A DNA stretch of 64,000 nt from a virus: the IMG/VR virus record IMGVR_UViG_3300009506_000002, positions 32,001-96,000 of that record. One strand, 5' to 3'. The stretch's first letter is position 1, and each line of letters begins with the position of its first letter. Of the stretch, positions 56,078-63,863 are shown piece after piece. Both the position numbers and the translations under genes were made by a program. The notes under the pieces were generated by a model that saw only the letters and a list, made by a program, of their open reading frames with translations, was not told the origin of the DNA and ran no database searches.

Positions 56078-56378
56078 AATCACCTCTGGTTAAGATAACA
56101 GTCAAGTTTTTGGCGATGTTCAATGCGCCAACAGGGTTCGCTGAATGAACACCGAAGCTAAAGCACTTTGGGATGAAATTTCCCATTTCGAGATCAGTTT
56201 CGATCATCCAGTTTACCACAATCATAGCGGTGTCATCTCCGCCCAGGTCATGGTCAAAACTGATATAGTCAGGGCAGCCTTCACTAAGCATGTAGGAAAT
56301 GGCTTCTGCAGAACTACGCAATATAGCGTCGAACACACCCTTTGGGTCACGATCATCGTCAATGTAAATTCGAATCAT
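56061..56378 (-). CDS. Cyclic-phosphate-processing receiver-like domain protein
   Basis: IYIDDDR.P, ISFDHDLG, VHSANPVG. Confidence 0.8.
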   Translation of the reverse strand: MIRIYIDDDRDPKGVFDAILRSSAEAISYMLSEGCPDYISFDHDLGGDDTAMIVVNWMIETDLEMGNFIPKCFSFGVHSANPVGALNIAKNLTVILTRGDYDPND

Positions 56379-56381
56379 GAT

Positions 56382-56424
56382 CAACTCCTGCGTGCTGCAA
56401 TACTACACGAACACGCAGGAGTTG
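56382..56424. repeat. 13-bp perfect inverted repeat covering promoter and RBS
   Basis: CAACTCCTGCGTG (56382-56394) / CACGCAGGAGTTG (56412-56424). Confidence 0.9.
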
Positions 56425-56428
56425 TCAA
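56400..56428 (-). promoter_or_regulatory. sigma70-type promoter inside the inverted repeat
   Basis: TTGACA-17-TAGTAT. Confidence 0.75.
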
Positions 56429-56432
56429 GTTT

Positions 56433-56735
56433 TTATTCGTCGTAGATGAACAGAACATCATCTTCAGTGATGACGGTACACTCCTTGTCGTCCCACGGTC
56501 CTGTCTTGCCAGCGTAGCCAGTGAACAGGATCCGGTCACCAACCTTGACAGACATCTCCTTGCGGGTAGTGCCATCAGGAAGGAAAGCGCCCGGGCCAAC
56601 TGCTACGATGGTGCCGGACTTTGGTGGATGCTCATGCTTCGGGGTATCCGGAAGGATGATACCGCCATCAGAGACGGTCTGCACCGGATCGAGAATCAGA
56701 GCAATACGGTCGAGGATGGGTCTTACGCGCGCCAT
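56433..56735 (-). CDS. groES: Co-chaperonin GroES (bacterial-like cpn10)
   Basis: RPILDRI, GGIILPD, GTIVAVGPG, VKVGDRILF. Confidence 0.92.
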   Translation of the reverse strand: MARVRPILDRIALILDPVQTVSDGGIILPDTPKHEHPPKSGTIVAVGPGAFLPDGTTRKEMSVKVGDRILFTGYAGKTGPWDDKECTVITEDDVLFIYDE

Positions 56736-57022
56736 CAGACAGTAAGTACCTTACCGAAATGCTTGGCATAGGCGTCTTCGATGAACTTCATCTCATTGAT
56801 GATCGTTGCATGGAACATCACCTGCGCAGACTTGAGCGGCAGGATGCGGGTTTCGCCCTTGGTCAGGTTGAAGTATGGCGCATAAGGAACCAGCTCCATT
56901 CCGCCCTTGCCATCAGGCATGCCGACAACCGGGTTCTCGATGACTACCTGTTCAGCAGTCTCTTCGACCAGGTACCCGACGAACTCTTCGCCGGTGATCA
57001 GTTTGAAAATTCGAATACTCAT
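56735..57022 (-). CDS. Sm-like fold protein
   Basis: IFKLITGEEFVG..VIENP..PYAPY pattern. Confidence 0.6.
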   Translation of the reverse strand: MSIRIFKLITGEEFVGYLVEETAEQVVIENPVVGMPDGKGGMELVPYAPYFNLTKGETRILPLKSAQVMFHATIINEMKFIEDAYAKHFGKVLTV

Positions 57023-57051
57023 TCGTTCTCCTTGTGGATGTAAAGGTACTA

Positions 57052-57080
57052 ATTGTACAGGTTTTGGGTTAGCTTGTCAA
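57052..57080 (-). promoter_or_regulatory. sigma70-type promoter
   Basis: TTGACA-17-TACAAT; AAGGAG. Confidence 0.8.
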
Positions 57081-57087
57081 GCTCTTT

Positions 57088-57300
57088 TTAGCTGGCAGCA
57101 ATCCAAGCCCAACCGATAAAGGCAACAATGAACCAGCGCCACGGGCGATAGACTCGCTGATAGCCCTTGCACATATCGCTGATCTGCTTCGGGCTGCCCT
57201 CATAGCCCCAGCCGAGTGTGGAATGAAGCATGAACGCAATAGAGCCGAATACAGCCAAGCCCCAGGCGATGATGTTCAGAAATGTGTTAAGCGTTTCCAT
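57088..57300 (-). CDS. Small membrane protein
   Basis: Two hydrophobic segments; AGGAGG RBS. Confidence 0.65.
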   Translation of the reverse strand: METLNTFLNIIAWGLAVFGSIAFMLHSTLGWGYEGSPKQISDMCKGYQRVYRPWRWFIVAFIGWAWIAAS

Positions 57301-57757
57301 GATAATCCTCCTTCATGATAACAATAGGGTCACCGCCATTGGAATCAAGAATGGCGTCGTTCTGTCCGTCACGCTGAATCGGGATACCCGCAGTTTGCAG
57401 CATATCGAGTTTGATGATTGCCACGCGATCCTGTTCTGACAGGAGAGGCGCGCCACACTCAGGGCAGCGATCATAGAGGTGATCAGCCATGTTCGCAAGC
57501 GTATCAGTCTGATAGCCGCATCCCTCGGTGTCACAGTAGAGCAATCCCTGCAGTGCCGGCGGCGTGAACAGCTCTTCGAGATATGAGCCAGTGATGTCGT
57601 TATCCCAGCCTAGCTCCTCATCGATCTCTGCGCCAGTTACAGCGTCGAACTTCCATGGGCCACAATAGATGAAGCCGTTGGCAATTTCAGACACCTTAAG
57701 GCGCATCTTTGTGCCAGCCAGGTTTCGTGTTACTTGTTGACCTACTTCGATAGTCAT
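57287..57757 (-). CDS. Hypothetical protein with zinc ribbon
   Basis: CDTEGC...CPEC. Confidence 0.65.
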   Translation of the reverse strand: MTIEVGQQVTRNLAGTKMRLKVSEIANGFIYCGPWKFDAVTGAEIDEELGWDNDITGSYLEELFTPPALQGLLYCDTEGCGYQTDTLANMADHLYDRCPECGAPLLSEQDRVAIIKLDMLQTAGIPIQRDGQNDAILDSNGGDPIVIMKEDYHGNA

Positions 57758-57759
57758 GA

Positions 57760-57984
57760 TTATTTGCTCCTACGCGGTTGATTGCAATCTGATGATACCC
57801 ACAGCAAAAAGCCTGGAAGCATGAAACCCCAACCAAACAAGGTATCGGTATGGTAACCTCCGCCAGTGATGGCAGAGTAGACGGCGTTGGCTCCTGCTAT
57901 GATGAAGCCAAAGAAACACCACACAAGGAGCAAACGCTCAAAGTATGAGGTCTCGTCATTGTAGCGCTTGAAAGGATTCTTCAT
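57760..57984 (-). CDS. Small membrane protein
   Basis: Two hydrophobic segments. Confidence 0.6.
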   Translation of the reverse strand: MKNPFKRYNDETSYFERLLLVWCFFGFIIAGANAVYSAITGGGYHTDTLFGWGFMLPGFLLWVSSDCNQPRRSK

Positions 57985-58133
57985 GAGAAGGACTTCACAA
58001 TGATATAGCCTAGAACACCGGAAGTGGTCACGCTAGATGCGAGAAACGATTTCAATGTTGGGGCTCCACTAAACAGACACCAGGTTGTGTAACCTGAGCC
58101 TGTGAGAATAAATCCTAATGCGACTGCGTCCAT
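57981..58133 (-). CDS. 50-aa membrane peptide (not in ORF track)
   Basis: AAAGGAG RBS; MDAVALGFILTGSGYTTWCLF...; ATGA overlap downstream. Confidence 0.6.
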   Translation of the reverse strand: MDAVALGFILTGSGYTTWCLFSGAPTLKSFLASSVTTSGVLGYIIVKSFS

Positions 58134-58167
58134 TACTTATAACTCCTTTCACTCACAGATTAACGTA

Positions 58168-58196
58168 AGTCTACACGAAAACGGGGCCGTTGTCAA
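58168..58196 (-). promoter_or_regulatory. Early promoter with 12-bp dyad
   Basis: TTGACA-17-TAGACT; AACGG-CC-CCGTT. Confidence 0.85.
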
Positions 58197-58546
58197 GTCC
58201 TGTTCCCATCAAGGGCTTTGTCTACAATGTCAGCGATTGCAGCCATGCCGCGCACAGAGTCGCCGTTGTACAGCATCAGAGTCTCTTCAATGCGGATGAG
58301 GGCTCGAAGGTTCTTGTCACGGTTTCTGGTGAAAGCATGTGCCTTCGCGTGCGCTTCAATGATATGCTTGCCCTTACGGCGGTCGCTGGTATAGTCGAGT
58401 ATCTTATCTCCCCACTTCACAGTCCAGTCGCCGTCAACCAGCTCCCCAAACTCCACGGAGACAACGATGTCATCCACCACACCAAACAGGTCGATGGTCG
58501 AGTTCTGACTTGCCTCTTCCCAGTTTGTCCAGATTACGTTCATCAT
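58193..58546 (-). CDS. Hypothetical protein
   Basis: GAGGAG RBS. Confidence 0.6.
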   Translation of the reverse strand: MMNVIWTNWEEASQNSTIDLFGVVDDIVVSVEFGELVDGDWTVKWGDKILDYTSDRRKGKHIIEAHAKAHAFTRNRDKNLRALIRIEETLMLYNGDSVRGMAAIADIVDKALDGNRT

Positions 58547-58699
58547 GTTTTCTTCTCCTCTTGTCTGCGCATGGTGTCAACGTGCGAGAACCACAACCCA
58601 TATCGATGCCACGTACAAAGCGGGTAAGGTTGCGCGCGTATGTGTTCATCTCGGGCATATACCATGCCTGTTTTGCCATGCGTGAGGCTGCTGCCGCGA

Positions 58700-58794
58700 G
58701 ACTAATTAGAGTTTGTCCTTATTGTGGTAAACGCGGCAAAGGTGGCAACATGACTAGGTATCATTTTGAGAACTGCTCTTTAGTCCAAGTTTAA
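58700..58794 (+). pseudogene. C-terminal remnant of a homing-endonuclease-like gene
   Basis: RVCPYCGKRGKGGNMTRYHFENC zinc-finger tail; opposite strand to neighbours; no catalytic domain. Confidence 0.55.
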
Positions 58795-58996
58795 TTCGCT
58801 TGACTTTGAAGCCACCCTCTTCGAACAGCACAACGAGCTGCTCCATTGGGATGTCAGTCACGACGTCGTAGTCATTAGGAACCTTGCCACTCAGAAGGTC
58901 GCGAACTGCGCCACCGACAATGAAGTTGTTGTCGGAGTGGGCATTCAGCACCATCAAGAAGGGCAGCAATTTGAAAGGGGCATGGTTTTCGAACAT
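58754..58996 (-). pseudogene. Truncated tRNA nucleotidyltransferase (CCA-adding / poly(A) polymerase head)
   Basis: FIVGGAVRDLL..PNDYDVVT; similarity ends about 65 codons in. Confidence 0.8.
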
Positions 58997-59028
58997 AATC
59001 AACTCCTGTTCACTCACTCAATAGTGAA

Positions 59029-59057
59029 AGTCTACACGAAACGGAACCTTTTGTCAA
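59029..59057 (-). promoter_or_regulatory. Early promoter with 12-bp dyad
   Basis: TTGACA-17-TAGACT; AAAGG-TT-CCGTT. Confidence 0.85.
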
Positions 59058-59257
59058 ACGATTTTTCTCAAATACTGGTAGGCTTCGAGCAGCTTCTTCT
59101 CAGAGAGATCGGTAAGCACTCGCAGGTTCCATTCCCAGCCAGATTTGCTGAAACTGCCAAGATCGCAGATAAGTGGGTTTATTGATTGGGTATAGGACGG
59201 AGAGCACGACTTGACCAGCTTTAGCAGGTCGCCCTTGTCGAGCTCTACCGGCACCAT
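59054..59257 (-). CDS. Hypothetical protein
   Basis: Operon packing; stop in the -35 box. Confidence 0.6.
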   Translation of the reverse strand: MVPVELDKGDLLKLVKSCSPSYTQSINPLICDLGSFSKSGWEWNLRVLTDLSEKKLLEAYQYLRKIV

Positions 59258-59258
59258 T

Positions 59259-59564
59259 TTACAGTGCGAACTTCTCGTTCAGGATGGCGATGACTTCTGG
59301 AGTAAGATCGCTCTTACCATAGTCACCAACACGATAGCTCGGGGTCTCTGTGCCATAAGAAAGGATGACTGACTTCACGACATCATCGATCTGGCGCTTG
59401 CCAAACTCTTTGATATAGTCGGTGATCTGGTTGTCATCGAGGTGGCAAACGTCACAGATCAAGAAGACTGCAATGTCTTCGACAGTGAAATACTGCTCGG
59501 GGAAGCGAATTTGGAAGCCCTGCTTCACCTGATCGTTTGCTGTTTTAACTTTAGTTGGTTTCAT
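59259..59564 (-). CDS. Hypothetical protein
   Basis: Start revised to ATG 59564 (AGGAG-6-ATG). Confidence 0.65.
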   Translation of the reverse strand: MKPTKVKTANDQVKQGFQIRFPEQYFTVEDIAVFLICDVCHLDDNQITDYIKEFGKRQIDDVVKSVILSYGTETPSYRVGDYGKSDLTPEVIAILNEKFAL

Positions 59565-59596
59565 GAATAACTCCTGTTCACTCACTCAATGGTGAT

Positions 59597-59625
59597 ATTC
59601 TAGCACAAAAGGTGCCGTTTGTCAA
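59597..59625 (-). promoter_or_regulatory. Early promoter with 12-bp dyad
   Basis: TTGACA-17-TAGAAT; AACGG-CA-CCTTT. Confidence 0.85.
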
Positions 59626-59882
59626 GCGGTATCTTTCATCAGCTCCAGGCATTGGTCAATCAGTGCAGGTACGGCAGCAATAGCAAGAACATCGCCTTCA
59701 ATGCCCTCATAGCTGTCGGTCACCTGAATCATGCGATCACCTAGTGATGAACACTCGGGCACATAGAAGTACCCGTCCTCGTCAGGCGTGGTGTCAATAG
59801 GTCCTCTATTGCCTACCCACTCCCAGCGCCCTTCCGTAATACCGTCACGTAGGGCTTCGAGCTGCTCGCGCGTGAATGTCAC
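59622..59882 (-). CDS. Hypothetical protein (TxGxW...AIAA.P family)
   Basis: GTGA overlap start; ITEGRWEW...AIAAVPALID. Confidence 0.6.
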   Translation of the reverse strand: MTFTREQLEALRDGITEGRWEWVGNRGPIDTTPDEDGYFYVPECSSLGDRMIQVTDSYEGIEGDVLAIAAVPALIDQCLELMKDTA

Positions 59883-60055
59883 TTCTGTTCTGCCTTCCTG
59901 CGCGCGCGTGCCATTTTGCGGCGGCAGTGTGAACAGTATCCAGCATCGAAACGTTTCTTGTTGTCCTTGATGTACTGGCGCAGGATCTCGGTCTCGCAAC
60001 CTTCAGTCTTGCACATAACGAATCCTGGCATTGGAACGGGAATCTTGTTGATCAT
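59879..60055 (-). CDS. 58-aa zinc-finger protein (not in ORF track)
   Basis: AGGAG RBS; CKTEGC...YCSHC, basic tail. Confidence 0.6.
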   Translation of the reverse strand: MINKIPVPMPGFVMCKTEGCETEILRQYIKDNKKRFDAGYCSHCRRKMARARRKAEQK

Positions 60056-60210
60056 TCAGAATCTCCTAATACTTGGTTGACAATGTGGCACGGATTGTCC
60101 TTGCCAGCACGAATATCTTTCAGAGCTTGTACGAGCTTTTCGTTGCGCTCATCAAGAGCGACTATCGCACCATTCAGCGCGCGGATGATGACGTCCTTAT
60201 CGTATTCCAT
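60052..60210 (-). CDS. 52-aa hypothetical protein (not in ORF track)
   Basis: GGAGG RBS; overlaps on both sides; MEYDKDVIIRALNG... Confidence 0.6.
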   Translation of the reverse strand: MEYDKDVIIRALNGAIVALDERNEKLVQALKDIRAGKDNPCHIVNQVLGDSE

Positions 60211-60437
60211 CAGTCCTCCATGTACTTGAGGAACTGGCGTGGGACCTCGATCATCTTGTTGTCACTTGGGATGTTACCGCCTGCACCAATGCGCAGGTCC
60301 TGCAGGAACAGGTCAAGGTTTTCACGCAGACGGCTTGCTCCGCCATCGTTTGATGAACCAGAGTATCCTGCGTCTGATTCCAGCTTATCCGCTGCACGCA
60401 AGACCCTGATCTTTATTCCATATACCGATTGAATCAT
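60210..60437 (-). CDS. Hypothetical protein
   Basis: Start revised to ATG 60437 (AGGAG). Confidence 0.6.
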   Translation of the reverse strand: MIQSVYGIKIRVLRAADKLESDAGYSGSSNDGGASRLRENLDLFLQDLRIGAGGNIPSDNKMIEVPRQFLKYMED

Positions 60438-60456
60438 AATGTACTCTCCTATTGTT

Positions 60457-60690
60457 CTACTGAATGTTGCTCTCGGGCAGTCTCTCGATGTCGATGAACT
60501 CGATCTGCTCGGGGTTGAATACACGGGTGATGGTGCTATCACCCATCTCAACCTCAAAGGAAATGCTTGGCAGGTCACGCATCGAAGCGATCCGAGCCAG
60601 GTACTTCTCTTTGTAGTATTTCTCGGACACTGGCGCAACCGTATGAGATTCACCTGCCAGTGTGACGACGGTAATCAAGATCATGCTCAC
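60457..60690 (-). CDS. Hypothetical protein
   Basis: Operon packing. Confidence 0.55.
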   Translation of the reverse strand: MSMILITVVTLAGESHTVAPVSEKYYKEKYLARIASMRDLPSISFEVEMGDSTITRVFNPEQIEFIDIERLPESNIQ

Positions 60691-60924
60691 TTATTCACCC
60701 CACTGCAGGCGACGCTTGCGAACAAGCTCGATTGACGCAATTGATGGGATGTAGAAGATGTAGTTGCTGCCATGCTTCTGAAAGCGCATGTAGTCCAGTG
60801 ATCCTGGGTCGAGCATCTTCTGATACATCGCATCTGCGTGATCTTCTTCCTGCAACTGTGAACGGAAAGTCTTTCCGTCAACTGTGCGAACTACGATTTG
60901 AAACTTTTTGACGATACGAACCAT
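60691..60924 (-). CDS. Hypothetical protein
   Basis: AGGAGG RBS; TAATG overlap. Confidence 0.6.
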   Translation of the reverse strand: MVRIVKKFQIVVRTVDGKTFRSQLQEEDHADAMYQKMLDPGSLDYMRFQKHGSNYIFYIPSIASIELVRKRRLQWGE

Positions 60925-61475
60925 TATTGGTTGTCCTCCTTCTTGATCAGGTCGTCGACACTTTCCCACTTGCTTTCAGTCTCATTCCAGACCTGTCGCA
61001 GGTACCTTGCGCCGTTTGTGGTGATGTACTCACCTTCACTCCAGGTGTCACCGCGATCGATCAGCTCGATGCCGCGGATTGAAGTATTTTCCCCGCTTTC
61101 ACCTGGGTGCTTGTGTTTGATTTCCAGTACACATCGGATGCGCAGGCCCCCTCGTCCAGTGAATCGGACAATGCTGCCTACCTTCAGGTTCTCGCGTGCC
61201 CAACGTTCACGGCGCTGGTCAGCATCCTGCTTCTTCTGGCGAGTCTCTTTGCGGATACGGTCGTCATCAGGACGAAGCATTATTGCCAGAGCGCCAACAT
61301 CGAGGTTGATCTCCAGAATGCGCTTCTCGAGCTTGCGCTTTTCCTCAAGAAGAGTCTTTTGTTGCGCACGCCAATCGGTTACGTTACGACCAAGTCTGCC
61401 AGTGGCAATGACTTCTGCGCAGCGCTCTTCTTTCAGGCGCTTCTCGCGCTCGTATGGTGATTCCCAACGTCTCAT
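60924..61475 (-). CDS. Hypothetical protein (coiled coil plus SH3-like C-domain)
   Basis: LKVGSIVRF motif after a charged helix. Confidence 0.6.
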   Translation of the reverse strand: MRRWESPYEREKRLKEERCAEVIATGRLGRNVTDWRAQQKTLLEEKRKLEKRILEINLDVGALAIMLRPDDDRIRKETRQKKQDADQRRERWARENLKVGSIVRFTGRGGLRIRCVLEIKHKHPGESGENTSIRGIELIDRGDTWSEGEYITTNGARYLRQVWNETESKWESVDDLIKKEDNQ

Positions 61476-61478
61476 GAT

Positions 61479-61856
61479 TTACTCTACCTCTCCGGTGTAG
61501 AATCCAATGCCTACAATTTTCTGAATCTCGACGACACTGTCGTTCAATTTGCCAATGCTCGAAAGGCCAGTGAACATAGACTTGTCGTTTTCAATGATTG
61601 ATTTAATCAATGCTCCCGCAGGGGTATCGAGAATTTTGATACTTGCGATGATATTGCCATCGTCATCCATGCGCATCGACTCAACGATGTGAGATGCTCT
61701 TGATGGATCATCTGTTAAACCATCAAAGGTGCAGACAGCCGGACCCTTGAACTCTTCGACTGCTTTGCGCAGTGTCTCCTCAGGATAAATGCGACCATAC
61801 GTTGACGTTGGAACGCCTGCCTTTGGAAGATCAATATTGTATTCTTTTGTCATCAT
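61479..61856 (-). CDS. Truncated, apparently inactive prohead-protease (gp21) paralog
   Basis: GRIYPEETL, RASHIV, KILDTPAG.LIK, GLSSIG align to gp21; no ELxHP His, no DxVxDPS. Confidence 0.75.
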   Translation of the reverse strand: MMTKEYNIDLPKAGVPTSTYGRIYPEETLRKAVEEFKGPAVCTFDGLTDDPSRASHIVESMRMDDDGNIIASIKILDTPAGALIKSIIENDKSMFTGLSSIGKLNDSVVEIQKIVGIGFYTGEVE

Positions 61857-62293
61857 TTACCCCAGTCGAGTTTCAGTGGTTCAACATAAACCAGATTTGC
61901 TTCCAAAGCAGGAATATTTATTGGCTTGCCATCAGGCCGCCAGTCTCCAACATCGTAACTCAAGGTCACGTGCGGGACGAAGTTGTCATACGCATGAGGG
62001 TAGCCTCTGCTTAACCATTCCTCATGGCGGCGCTGAATTCCAGGACTATCGAGTACCAGCACAAGGACATTGCCCGATTCAGTAGGCCATACCTCAAGAT
62101 ACCACGGCAGCGCAGTGAAATTGACTACTTCCCGGATATGTGGCGCTTCCGTGCGCTCCGTACAGTAAAGTACAGTGCTATGAAGCATTCCTTTAGGAAC
62201 CGGGTTAGGAACCTGAATTTCTCGCGCAAAGCGATGTAAGTTACCCATGGATCGGCCATTGTATTTCACTCCTACGTAGACGCCGTCAGTCAT
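61853..62293 (-). CDS. acb1: Anti-CBASS 2H phosphoesterase (T4 gp57B/Acb1 homolog)
   Basis: VPNPVP, HSTVLY, LEVW, LVLVLDS, PHVTLSY, EPLKLDW match T4 Acb1 as recalled. Confidence 0.92.
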   Translation of the reverse strand: MTDGVYVGVKYNGRSMGNLHRFAREIQVPNPVPKGMLHSTVLYCTERTEAPHIREVVNFTALPWYLEVWPTESGNVLVLVLDSPGIQRRHEEWLSRGYPHAYDNFVPHVTLSYDVGDWRPDGKPINIPALEANLVYVEPLKLDWGK

Positions 62294-62314
62294 GACGCGC
62301 TCTCAACATTGTTG

Positions 62315-62343
62315 ATTCTAGCACGAACGGCTCCTTTTGTCAA
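62315..62343 (-). promoter_or_regulatory. Early promoter with 12-bp dyad, for the acb1 operon
   Basis: TTGACA-17-TAGAAT; AAAGG-AG-CCGTT. Confidence 0.85.
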
Positions 62344-62353
62344 GTCTTTTTCT

Positions 62354-62587
62354 TCATCTGCCAGCTTGTAGCCACCGATAACCTGCGCATAACTCACAGA
62401 GAGCGGGAGCGGTTTGACCCCATATCAGTCTCACCGCAGAAGTGCCCCATCCACGGATGCGAGCAACAAAAGCATCCCGATCATCGTCGGCGACCATCTC
62501 GTTGTTCGCATCCCAGATGTAGCCACATTCATACCGAAACGGTGGCTTGTAAAGGGCAAGTGCTGCCGCTCGAAGTTCGTTTGTCAT
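62354..62587 (-). CDS. Hypothetical protein, possibly truncated
   Basis: PPFRYECGYIWDA..MVAD..RIRGWG then an atypical tail. Confidence 0.5.
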   Translation of the reverse strand: MTNELRAAALALYKPPFRYECGYIWDANNEMVADDDRDAFVARIRGWGTSAVRLIWGQTAPALCELCAGYRWLQAGR

Positions 62588-63723
62588 ACCAGCTCTCCTG
62601 CTTTAACCTTCCAGTCCTCGAACTTAGACTGCTTGCCGAGGTGGTTCTTCAGTTGGTCAACCACAAAGAGGAACACGTCCTCATCTGGGCGATCAAACAG
62701 ACGGAACACGATGTTGCTGAAGGCAGCAGCACGATACTCGGACAGAGCAAAGTCCTTCTTGGTAGAGAACTTGGCCTTGGTAGCCACAGCCCAGGCACCT
62801 ACTGCATCAATCAGCACATGCAGGTCACGGGCAAACTCGCCAAAGTAGACACGGTCAGACTCTTCGATGTATGGCATGATGTCATCAATCGAAGCAGTCG
62901 CGTGGCAGTCAAGAACGAGCTGCGCGGTGATGTGTGGGTGGTTGAACATCTCCTTGATCTTGTGGCGCTTGACGTACCACGGAGACTTGATCTTAACCGG
63001 GCCAGTCTCAACCAGCTCGACTACGACACCCTCATCGTTAGACATGTTCTCAACAACCTTCATGATGTCAACCAGAGTGGTAGACGGACCGAAAGCGAAG
63101 TGAGGAACAGTCTCTACGCCGTACTCGACGGCCTTGCGGAATACAGAACCCTTCTTGTGCTCGTATGCGCCAGTCTTGTTATCGCGTACAGCAATCAGAC
63201 GCAGGAATGCGCGGTCATACTGCACCACGATCTTAGACGGGATGAAGTTCGGGTCGTGGAACTCAAAGATTGGAGTCAGGCCAGCGAAGATGCACTCCGC
63301 AACAAACGCCTTCATGCCAGTGGTCTGAGTCAGTGGGTGATGCTCGAGGTAGCGCTCAAACTCCTCTGCGACACGCTTAGTGCCCCAGATGATCTTACCA
63401 TTGCACAGGAATGGTGCAACCATTGCGCCGTCGAGCTTAGTGGTCACAGACACGATGCCCTCGTTGACGAGGTCGCCAATCTGGGTGTGCTCCTTCTCGT
63501 TGACGTTGAAGAACTTGTGCAGCGGACGACGGATGACCTTGCCAGTTACGTTGTCGAAGATGATACCACGGCACTCGAGCGCCTCTGGTGAATCAAACGT
63601 ATCTGGGAAGGCAACGTTGTAGGCTACGACAGTGTAACCATCGCGCACGTTGACGCCGATCTCATCCTTGTGAGCGACAGCAGCCAGAAACTCGTCTTTG
63701 TTAGTGATGTATGGCAGAATCAT
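62584..63723 (-). CDS. rnlA: RNA ligase 1
   Basis: LECRGIIF, RPLHKFFN, KLDGAM, EGVV, KIKSPWY. Confidence 0.9.
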   Translation of the reverse strand: MILPYITNKDEFLAAVAHKDEIGVNVRDGYTVVAYNVAFPDTFDSPEALECRGIIFDNVTGKVIRRPLHKFFNVNEKEHTQIGDLVNEGIVSVTTKLDGAMVAPFLCNGKIIWGTKRVAEEFERYLEHHPLTQTTGMKAFVAECIFAGLTPIFEFHDPNFIPSKIVVQYDRAFLRLIAVRDNKTGAYEHKKGSVFRKAVEYGVETVPHFAFGPSTTLVDIMKVVENMSNDEGVVVELVETGPVKIKSPWYVKRHKIKEMFNHPHITAQLVLDCHATASIDDIMPYIEESDRVYFGEFARDLHVLIDAVGAWAVATKAKFSTKKDFALSEYRAAAFSNIVFRLFDRPDEDVFLFVVDQLKNHLGKQSKFEDWKVKAGELV

Positions 63724-63836
63724 TTAGAAGCCTCCGGGCACAGAACCAGAATAATACCGAACAGAAGCGCGCCACCGTAGAGGATACCTACTACAGCAAA
63801 CGTGGAAAGCTTCTTTTTATCTTTGTTGTTTTGCAT
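63720..63836 (-). CDS. 38-aa membrane peptide (not in ORF track)
   Basis: AAAGGAG RBS; MQNNKDKKKLSTFAVVGILYGGALLFGIILVLC; ATGA overlap with rnlA. Confidence 0.65.
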   Translation of the reverse strand: MQNNKDKKKLSTFAVVGILYGGALLFGIILVLCPEASK

Positions 63837-63863
63837 CAAAAACTCCTTTCACTCAATAACGCG

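Noticed and set aside
58997-59017. Shared N-terminus MSEQEL in the ORF-track calls at 59017 and 59585
   Set aside because: It is translation of the repeated leader/RBS; the real starts are ATG 58996 and ATG 59564.
62542-63591. 349-aa + strand ORF, and other long antisense ORFs such as 56145-56771 and 60898-61500
   Set aside because: They shadow well-supported - strand genes, lack RBS or motifs, and are explained by codon bias.
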